A DNA stretch of 43,999 nt from Octopus bimaculoides (taxonomy: Eukaryota), in assembly GCF_001194135.2 (NCBI RefSeq), contig NC_068984.1, positions 56,382,813 to 56,426,811 of the forward strand. The letters run 5' to 3'. The translations under genes and the position numbers were made by a program. Positions within the stretch are counted from its first letter, which is position 1. Each line of letters starts with the position of its first letter. The notes below the pieces were generated by a model. The model worked only from the letters and a program-made list of their open reading frames with translations. It searched no databases and was not told where the DNA came from. This document shows positions 34,175 to 43,999 of the stretch, piece after piece.

Positions 34175-36443
34175 CACGTCCACATGTGATACGAAGCGCA
34201 CCAACCACAGCCGGAAGAATGATAATGTAAACAAAAACATAAATATTTGAGAATTATCTTCTCCTGAGTAAAACTCTTCAGCGCATAAAAGAAATAAAGA
34301 GAACAAAAATAATGATCTTAATCAGGATTATGGAGACATTCCTTGACTCTTTACTCATTAATGTTTAGTCTTCAGTTCATTGTGGGATTCATATAACAGA
34401 AGAAATCGAAAACTAGTTGATGGTAAGAAAATAGTACTTTATTAATCATCAATATCTCTTTATTTTCTTCGTATTATTTGCAAATGTCGGAGACGTGATG
34501 TTGACCGGACTGCAATGCTATACTGTATCAGATTCCTACCTTGTTGAAATCCTATTGGATCGAAAATTTGCTTTTATCCGTCTGGCTTTAAGCACACGTA
34601 ATGTGACGAGATCGAGTCAATAGACTGAGATAAATACGTGAATATTATTTATATTAGTTTGTCTTTCTTTACCGTCATATACATGTTTGTGTGCATACCC
34701 CCCTTTCTCTCTCTTTATATANNNNNNNNNNATATATATATATAAAACGTACTAGAATGTTTGACAAGATACCACAGATGGAAACCCTCTGTAGGTAAAG
34801 GCTAATTCAGTCCTCGCTACTCCTACTGACGGAGCTTACGAGCTATGGACCAAGACGTTTGGTACATTTAGATGAGATACCTACTGAAAATACAGAAAGG
34901 GTTTAAGGGTTTCAACATTACTGTAGTTTTAGTTACCATCAGGTGAAAAATTTGTAATATCTTAACGTTGCTCCACCAGTTTCTGTGTCGGGCAAAACAT
35001 CACTGATGTTTGCTTCACACACGCACACGAATGTGTGTGTGTACGCGTTTTTACGTGCGTGTGTGTCCGTGGAGAGTATGCGGTGGGGAGCACAATGAGG
35101 AGTTTTTACTGCATTTTTGACTTTTAGAAAAAAAATATTTATTACAAATGTTCACTACTTTAGAAAAATTATATCAGCTAAGTAAATGATCCTCTCAAAA
35201 TGCATTAACAACCACTGTAACTTATTCAAAACACCATTTCAGAAAATTATCTCCGTTAGAGCATATGAAAGATGACTTCAGCTCAGGTAAAATGACTAAG
35301 ACAAGATAAATAAATTTGCCTTTTCAATTCTCCCGAATTACATTTGAAAATAGTCATACACATTAATATCCACCCTTGGACATCTGAAAAGCAACAACAA
35401 TTTTAAATATTTAGGTCAATTGAAAGAGTTTCACGGAAAAATGGCACGATAAGAAATTAACAGACCACAACTAAGTAAAAAAACTCAACATAAATATTCT
35501 CTTTGGCTTCTTCATGATCTGCTGGGGTGGCTTTCTTCCCGGTATATTTATTTACGCACCATGCAGTTGAAGAGAAGAAAACTTACTGAAATTAGTCATT
35601 ACTCATTTTACCCCATTTTAGACTTTTTTTGAAAATTATCAAATTAAACATTAGTGTAGGAAAAAAATTGACTTCGTATTCAATAGAGAAAAGAATATTG
35701 ATTGTAAACATCAAACATTATCCACATATTTTAACAACAGCAATTACAATCGGGTCAAAGAGAAAGTTTCTTGGAAAAAAAAAAGTCCCTGTCCCCTGAC
35801 AATGTTCCAAACTCTCTCAACTTCAACAAGAACAGCAATGCGGACCTATTTTTACTCCTAAAGGCGATGCAACAGTATGAAATGATTTCAAACAGGTAGG
35901 GAGAAAATGACAAGAAATGAGAAATTACTCATTTTACCCCAGTTGCTAATTTTTCCCCTTTATACATCATAATGTAAAAAAAATTGTAAAATATACACTA
36001 CATATTATGCATTGTGCAAACATCTGATATAGAACTCAATAGTTTTCTTAGAGTGGAAAGATATGTTTTATATCAGCCACCAGAGGAAACTCACGCAAAC
36101 TGTCAATTTTTTTTAATTGCTTAGCACACTTTCACTCACCAACATTTGTGGAAATATACTAACTGGAATTGCTAACTAAAATTATAGGTAAACACACCCA
36201 TCTACGCGCGCGCACACACAGGCTCCATGCAGTCTATCTCGTTTGGTCATGGAGTGATTGTTCTCAATTATGCCCTCATTTTACATTTCGACCTCCTGCT
36301 TCTTTCTAGCGATTAATTTACATCATGGTCAAGAAAATATCAGTTGTTTACTATTTTTTCACGTCAGGATATGTATCTACCCTGTATTAAGGTCAGGGTA
36401 GCAATAAATACAGCAATATTTTATGCATTATCCTAATGCATAC

Positions 36444-36788
36444 CATAATATCAACATTAGACTCTTTAGAAAGACACCTGTCTATGTTTTCATTCTGTTC
36501 TATTTGCGGAAATAGGTCCTCTCTTGTAAGTATACTTAAATGTGCGCAGATATGAATATCAAAGTAGGTTTTTAGCTTCAAATTGTATTCTAGATTAACT
36601 TTATAATTATCCATAACCTCATCAAAACTATTAAGACAATCTGTAATTTTAAATGGGAGCTGGACGGAAGAAGAATACGTTTGTGGAGAAGCTCTCTGGA
36701 AGCCAAATTCCAAAACTGCTTCCGATTTCAGGTTGCAGTCATTTAATTTTGCGTAAGCCAAAAGTGCCTTTTCCTTTGGAAAGTGCAT
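36444..36788 (-). CDS. Putative coding exon of an unrecognised gene (115 codons, MHFPKEKALL...SNVDIM)
   Basis: Non-repetitive open frame. Acceptor ttttaactgcag| at 36879, in-frame stop upstream, ATG at 36788 and donor ATG|gtatgc at 36444. No family was recognised and downstream exons were not resolved. Confidence 0.5.
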
Positions 36789-38174
36789 AGCTATACTATA
36801 TGAATAGTTTCCATTTTCGTTCAAGAGTTTGTGCTTTGTCAAAACAACTAATATTTACTTAAATGTGTGAAATATTTTCCTGCAGTTAAAACGTGCCTGG
36901 GGCAATACATTTGTATTTCTACATTCCTATAAATCCAAGGTTTACGGTTATATTCGTGTAAGCGTAACTTAATCGTTATATCGCTAGACAAGCAAAAATC
37001 CGAGGTCTACGTGGGTATAAAGTAATACAAATAGTTCAAACAGTGGAATATGTTTTGAACGGTGATGAAGAAAAGTCTAACACTTCAGGCAGAATCCTTT
37101 GAAAAGTCAAACTTTTTGCTAGCAGCATGTATGAACTGTTTGTACGTCGAATGTTATAGCCTGCTTGGGGTGGGGGGAATTGAAATTTTTCAAACAACTT
37201 TTTTTCAGAATCATAATCTCCGTATTTTTTTACGCATTTCTAAAAAAAAAAAATTTCCGCAAAATATTTTAAAATATTTACTTAAATGTGTGAAATTTTG
37301 AATTTGAGATTTTTGAAAAAATATTTTCGGAATCGGAATCTCCATAGCCTAAAACGTGGGATTCCGTAAAAAAAAAAAAAATTAAAGAAATAAGGGGGGA
37401 AAGGTTCAGATTACATTATAGTCCATCTGGATCCTTTTTTTTTTTTCTTGTTTAACCTCACGTCAGCTCTAACTTAAGATCAAAGGTACTCCACTTATTA
37501 CTATTTTGGACCACACCCGATATGTACTCCACTTTTAAGATATGTTCCTCATATCACCCTAAAAGGTGTGATACTAGGAATTCTGACTACTTTTAAACTT
37601 GTTTTATCCTCATTATCTGTTTATGTATGATATGCACACTTCATATTCAAAATATACCATTCTATTGACACATTTTAAAGAATTTCTCTGTACTCAGTTT
37701 CACAAAAGGAACAAAACTCTTCTATTTGTTCCTTTTATTTCACTCTTATCCAAAAAGAACACAAATCAATGCAAATGGTAGAGAAGTGAAACCATACACC
37801 CCTAAGTCTAGTGAAAGCAAAGGAAACTATTATGTACTAAAAGACAACACAGTGTAATTGTTTATACATCAAAAAGAAGACTTTGTTTAAAGCAAGTCTT
37901 TTTGCAATATTTCAGATTGAACTGCAACACAGTCTGAATTAAAGATTGTAGAACACCCCTAATGACATCCCACGAAAGATACAATGATACACAATATTGT
38001 ATAAGCTATAAATTCCTATGTAATGCAGGGAAGTTAATGAGCAAATTTGGCTGTGTAGTTAAGTTTGCTTCACAACTATGTGGTTTCAAGTTCAACCCCA
38101 CTGCAAGGCACCTTGGGCAAGTGTCTTCCACTATAACCCTGGGCTGACCAGTGCTTTGGAAGGGAATTAATCAT

Positions 38175-38760
38175 CATCATCGTTTAACCTCTACTTTCCA
38201 TGCTGGCATAGGTTGGACGATTTGACTGAGGACTGGCGAACCAGATGGCTACACCAGACTCCAATCTGATCTGGCAGAGTTTCTATAGCTGGTTGCCCTT
38301 CCTAATGCCAACCACTCCAAGAGTGTGGTGGGTGCTTTTACGTGCCACCAGCACGAGGGCCAGTCAGGCGGTACTGGTAACGGCCACTCTCAAATGGTGT
38401 TTTTTATGTGCCACATGCACAGGAGCCAAACCAGCAGCACTGGCAACGACCTTGCTCGAATATTTTTCACGTGCCACTAGCACAAGTGCCAGTAAGGTGA
38501 CGCTGGTAACGATCATGCTCGGATGGTGCTTTTTATGTTCCACCGGCACAGAAGCCAGTCAGCTGCTCTGGCAACGATAACACTCTTAGCACTCCACTGG
38601 CGTGGATGCCAGTCATCGAATTTGATTTCGATTTCACTTGCCTCAACAGGTCTTTGCAAGCAGAGTTTAGTGTCCAATGAAGGAAAGGTATGCATAAGTG
38701 GGCTGGTTACTCCCGTGGCATACTCCTTGCTGGCTCTTTGCAAGCACAGCATATTTCCAA
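38175..38760 (-). repeat. Long copy of the (ATG)n-tailed repeat family with internal tandem subunits
   Basis: catcatcatcatcgtttaacctc...gtgcttttacgtgccaccagcac units, repeated about 5 times. Confidence 0.75.
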
Positions 38761-38769
38761 TGGTCTCAA

Positions 38770-39130
38770 GCTGTCTGTGGACCTGACATTTCCATGTCTG
38801 TGCTCTTGTACTGGTGATGTTACAGCTACTGTTGTTGCTATCACTAACACTGCAACCATCACTGCTGGGCCCAATGTTGGTGCTGTTGCTGGTGCCAGAT
38901 GTGATCCTGATTTGTAGTTACCACTGGTGTAGCTACCACTGCCAGCTGCATTGCTGGTACTGTTGCTGTTGGTATCGCTGTCATACTGCCTCTGCTGCTT
39001 GACATGTTGCTGGTGTAGCGTCCACCAGTGCCACTGCCCCTACCGATGTTGTTATCAGTGGATGTAGTGTTGTTGCTGCTCTTTCCAATGCTGCTGTTGT
39101 GATTACCAGTGCTGGTCACCACTTCAGCCT
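38770..39130. repeat. Cryptically simple (CTG/GTT/CAC)-rich low-complexity tract
   Basis: Runs of tgttgctg, ctgctgtt and ccactg that give low-complexity ORFs in several frames. Confidence 0.6.
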
Positions 39131-39781
39131 CGTACATTACACCATTCATTGTATACTCTACATGAGTATCCTGCCTCTGCTCGTGTCTAACTATATCATT
39201 GCTATTCTACTACTCCCTTATATACCCTGTGTGCATATATACACACACACATTCATATGTGTGTGTTTATATGTATGTATGTATGTATCTTTTACTTGCT
39301 TCAGTCATTAGATGCCAACCTCTTAGCAGATCCTACTGAGTACTTTTTTATGGCACCAATACTTATGAAGTTGCTTTGTAACTCATGAGTTATGAGCCTT
39401 TTTGTTTGAGTGGGAAAATATGACAGAGTAGTGATTTTATGAAATGTGTTGAGGTTAATGTATAATGGGAGGAGTAGCAGCACCCACTTACCTTATCTCA
39501 GCGATGAACTTGACAAACTGTCATACATATATGTAGTCATTTGACATATGTACATATACAATGTACAGATTTTTCTTCTCTGTCTCTCCACTCAAATAAA
39601 GACTTTCAATTCCTCTTGGTGCCCAATAGTTTGGTAAATCATTGAGTGGAAATATTGAGCTATTTTTGAACATGTGCTAGGGCCCTATCCCAATGGCCAA
39701 CTTTTTGCACAAACTTTTTCAACTATTGAAAACAGTTCTTTGACTACCCCTTACTCTCAAGTTCACACATATACACCTATT

Positions 39782-39819
<38 letters not shown>

Positions 39820-40612
39820 NNNNNNNNNNNNNNNNNNNNNNNNNNNNNNNNNNNNNNNNNNNNNNNNNNNNNNNNNNNNNNNNNNNNNNNNNNNNNNNNN
39901 NNNNNNNNNNNNNNNNNNNNNNNNNNNNNNNNNNNNNNNNNNNNNNNNNNNNNNNNNNNNNNNNNNNNNNNNNNNNNNNNNNNNNNNNNNNNNNNNNNNN
40001 NNNNNNNNNNNNNNNNNNNNNNNNNNNNNNNNNNNNNNNNNNNNNNNNNNNNNNNNNNNNNNNNNNNNNNNNNNNNNNNNNNNNNNNNNNNNNNNNNNNN
40101 NNNNNNNNNNNNNNNNNNNNNNNNNNNNNNNNNNNNNNNNNNNNNNNNNNNNNNNNNNNNNNNNNNNNNNNNNNNNNNNNNNNNNNNNNNNNNNNNNNNN
40201 NNNNNNNNNNNNNNNNNNNNNNNNNNNNNNNNNNNNNNNNNNNNNNNNNNNNNNNNNNNNNNNNNNNNNNNNNNNNNNNNNNNNNNNNNNNNNNNNNNNN
40301 NNNNNNNNNNNNNNNNNNNNNNNNNNNNNNNNNNNNNNNNNNNNNNNNNNNNNNNNNNNNNNNNNNNNNNNNNNNNNNNNNNNNNNNNNNNNNNNNNNNN
40401 NNNNNNNNNNNNNNNNNNNNNNNNNNNNNNNNNNNNNNNNNNNNNNNNNNNNNNNNNNNNNNNNNNNNNNNNNNNNNNNNNNNNNNNNNNNNNNNNNNNN
40501 NNNNNNNNNNNNNNNNNNNNNNNNNNNNNNNNNNNNNNNNNNNNNNNNNNNNNNNNNNNNNNNNNNNNNNNNNNNNNNNNNNNNNNNNNNNNNNNNNNNN
40601 NNNNNNNNNNNN
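39820..40612. other. Assembly gap (N run)
   Basis: Read directly. Further gaps lie at 41106-41925, 25896-25905 and 34722-34731. Confidence 0.99.
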
Positions 40613-41105
40613 AATAAATTCAAAAAGGGATAAAACTCTTTTACAAGAATTTTATCAAGAAGCCAGTGTGTAAAAAAATTCATAAGGGAAATTTCTATTC
40701 CCAAGAATATAATTATTCGTTTATATTTATATAAAGGGCATTCGGTCGATACACAGTTTATTTAAAAGAAAGTTGGTCATCTTCTGTTGGTTGTTTTTCC
40801 TCGCATTAGGTACTAAATGTGGTTATTTTGAGAAGTCCACTGTGTGGCGTTATTATTTTTCTGTAATAATGCCCTTTTTATATATATATATATGTATAAA
40901 TAGAGAAAAGGATAAAGAGAACAATGGCAAAGTTAGAATTTATCCATTAAATATATTTCTAACTTTGCCATTGTTTTCTTTATCCTTTTCTCTATTTATA
41001 CATACACACGCTAATACACGACTTATAATCCCCTATCCTGTTTATACAACGAATGGGGCAAAACTAGTCAGTATACAGCACTTACTCGGTATGACCTGTA
41101 CCTTT

Positions 41106-41925
41106 NNNNNNNNNNNNNNNNNNNNNNNNNNNNNNNNNNNNNNNNNNNNNNNNNNNNNNNNNNNNNNNNNNNNNNNNNNNNNNNNNNNNNNNNNNNNNNN
41201 NNNNNNNNNNNNNNNNNNNNNNNNNNNNNNNNNNNNNNNNNNNNNNNNNNNNNNNNNNNNNNNNNNNNNNNNNNNNNNNNNNNNNNNNNNNNNNNNNNNN
41301 NNNNNNNNNNNNNNNNNNNNNNNNNNNNNNNNNNNNNNNNNNNNNNNNNNNNNNNNNNNNNNNNNNNNNNNNNNNNNNNNNNNNNNNNNNNNNNNNNNNN
41401 NNNNNNNNNNNNNNNNNNNNNNNNNNNNNNNNNNNNNNNNNNNNNNNNNNNNNNNNNNNNNNNNNNNNNNNNNNNNNNNNNNNNNNNNNNNNNNNNNNNN
41501 NNNNNNNNNNNNNNNNNNNNNNNNNNNNNNNNNNNNNNNNNNNNNNNNNNNNNNNNNNNNNNNNNNNNNNNNNNNNNNNNNNNNNNNNNNNNNNNNNNNN
41601 NNNNNNNNNNNNNNNNNNNNNNNNNNNNNNNNNNNNNNNNNNNNNNNNNNNNNNNNNNNNNNNNNNNNNNNNNNNNNNNNNNNNNNNNNNNNNNNNNNNN
41701 NNNNNNNNNNNNNNNNNNNNNNNNNNNNNNNNNNNNNNNNNNNNNNNNNNNNNNNNNNNNNNNNNNNNNNNNNNNNNNNNNNNNNNNNNNNNNNNNNNNN
41801 NNNNNNNNNNNNNNNNNNNNNNNNNNNNNNNNNNNNNNNNNNNNNNNNNNNNNNNNNNNNNNNNNNNNNNNNNNNNNNNNNNNNNNNNNNNNNNNNNNNN
41901 NNNNNNNNNNNNNNNNNNNNNNNNN
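41106..41925. other. Assembly gap (N run)
   Basis: Read directly. Confidence 0.99.
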
Positions 41926-41926
41926 T

Positions 41927-41972
<46 letters not shown>

Positions 41973-42162
41973 CTGTAAAGTGGTTTATTAGAGGAAAGGC
42001 ATTCAGCTGCAGAAACAAAGCTGAAGTGAAATGTATGAGAAAAATGTTGTCCTGGTCTGCCTGCATAGGAGGAAGAACCGACTCAGACTGACAACCTACC
42101 CAACCCATACCAGACTAAGAAGTGGACTTTGCAGTAGCCAACGTGGCTGCCCACTTCTTTAA

Positions 42163-42382
42163 CCCTTTAACATTTAAACTGGCCATATCTAGCCCAAATA
42201 TTCAACCTGTTTTATGTTCAAACAGGCCAGATTCATCCTCTCATATCTCTCCTACAATGACATACTAAAAGTGAACAATCATCTCATCAAAATCTCAAAG
42301 ATAAAAGATAATGTATGATTAATTTAAAACAATGTGAATAAATGAGTATTACATTTGACAGTAATATCTGAATACTAAATGG
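42163..42382 (+). mobile_element. piggyBac-like MITE, 220 bp
   Basis: TTAA-CCCTTTAACATT...AATACTAAATGG-TTAA: a TTAA TSD with CCC...GG termini. Confidence 0.8.
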
Positions 42383-43999
42383 TTAAACATAACATACCTT
42401 CAATTACAGCAATATATAAATACACACATATACAAAGTGGCCTCCTTGTGCAATCTGCACATCCCATGCTATGGTAACACATGCTAATGCCATTTGATAT
42501 CACCTTTCTCCTTCAATCAATCCGTATTCTCTCCTATCAGCACCACATCAGTCTAAATATATTGCAATGCCCATGGTAAACCCACCTTTATGCTTTGAGC
42601 CAGCATCTCCATGACAGCTTCAAATAGCAGTGGACTTGGTGCTAACTCCTAATGCACTGCACTCCAAGGAGGACCTCTAGTCATAAAATACTATCTAAAT
42701 AAGTCTCTTTCAACCCATGATAAGCATGGAAAATTGTGAACATAGAAACTATGATGATGATTATTATTTCTTTCAACATCACCTAAAATCATTTTTATTG
42801 TAGAATTGTTTCAGCATCAGAAAAACTACTTTACTGCTTTTACTCCAACCCTTTACATTCGGAGTTCAAATCCTATTGAGGTCAGTCAGTTTTGTCTTTC
42901 ATCCTTTTAGGTCAGTATAATAAAGTACCAGTCAAATAATCTGGAGGAGGGGGATGGTTTCAACTAATTTTCTAAGTTAGAAACAAAAACATTATTTCCC
43001 TCAGAGGTCATCTTTCTCTAGTTTACAAAATAAGTAACCAAAGTTATACTAAGTCAATTCAGTTAACTACCACTTTGACCTAAGTATAGAAAATTCCATT
43101 TCTGTGTACAAGATTCATAGAAATTGTATGTTGTGTATATAAGATTATCTTAACAATTTTGTCCCAGAGTCAAACCGAAGTTTAACTTCAATTTCATTTC
43201 ACAGTTAAGGTTGTAAGCATAACACTAGAACATATTTCATCACGTTTAAAGAATATCTCGATTTTGTTCTAGTTAGATTTGTTAAAAGTGTAACACAATG
43301 ACTGGTGCCTTGTTTCAGTCATTTGATTGTGACCATGCTGGGGCATCATCTTGAAGGGTCTAATTGAACAAATCAACCCCGGTACTTGATTTCTTTCAAG
43401 CCTGATACTTATTGTATCATTTTCGTTTTTCCATGCTAAGTCATGGGATGTAAACAAACACAAAGACACAGTGTTTGTTCCGTTGTCTGTAGTTCATTTT
43501 TCTAACGTCCTGTACCCTGATATGCATCTATATACACATGTAGATGTAAGTATGTACATACATGTGTGTATACATGCATACATATTCTTTGTATTAATAT
43601 ATATATATATATGTACAGAAACAGTAAATGGTTATTCATAGTTTTCATTAATCAGAATAATGTATCAGTATTGTTTTACATATGCTAAGTTTGAAATACT
43701 TGAGATACCAATATTTGCTTAATTGATATGTGAATAAATAAAAGCTAATTATAAATTAATAATGAAATAACAAGAAATATTGTATGTTAATGTAAATAAT
43801 CAATTAATGCAATATGCAAAAACCATGAAGTGGTAGTAATTTAAAATTCTATGTTAAAGTATATTTAGACTTATTTACACCAATATAAGGAACCATAGAT
43901 ACGATGTGAAATTAAAATTTTTTAATATATTTTGGACTAAAATTTTAAAATTAAACTTATATATCTAATATCATCCGAGTTGACAGTACCATGGTAGAT

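Noticed and set aside
35890-36375. U12-type AT-AC intron on the - strand (ATATCCTG...ttctccctac)
   Set aside because: The donor deviates from ATATCCTT, no TCCTTAAC branch site is seen, and the upstream frame has a stop at 36393-36395.
38814-39149. S/T/N/G-rich ORFs as a mucin-like or repetitive protein exon
   Set aside because: Several frames are open only because of trinucleotide simplicity. There are no splice signals, and the tract is adjacent to a repeat element.
39674-41930. Long ORFs in the track (319, 313, 278 and 385 aa)
   Set aside because: They are almost entirely X residues from N gaps plus (TA)n, so they are artefacts.

Overview
AT-rich, repeat-dense animal genomic DNA. The SINE, RTE-LINE and microsatellite landscape looks like an octopod cephalopod (Octopus-like); this is inferred from recall of the repeat families, not from a search. 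Two spliced genes lie on the + strand. The first is the last three coding exons of animal-type phosphomevalonate kinase (PMVK; exon 1 was not found and probably lies upstream of the window). The second is a complete 10-coding-exon IFT57 (11886-29401, 1239 nt, 412 aa, all splice phases consistent), with a candidate promoter at about 8.7 kb carrying an RFX X-box-like and an NRF1-like site. An unrecognised 115-codon exon on the - strand (36444-36879) suggests a third gene. The rest is transposon debris: a decayed Ty3/Gypsy pol; RTE, CR1, R4/Dong-like and HERO-like non-LTR fragments; three tRNA-headed SINE families; Helentron-type HINEs; and Tc1/mariner, hAT, piggyBac-like and long-TIR MITEs. The most interesting non-coding signal is a near-complete minimal type I hammerhead ribozyme of the Penelope-element kind at 399-524, in the sense strand of the presumed PMVK intron 1. 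Three more decayed hammerhead-like motifs occur at 14.9, 16.1 and 33.4 kb. There are four N gaps.
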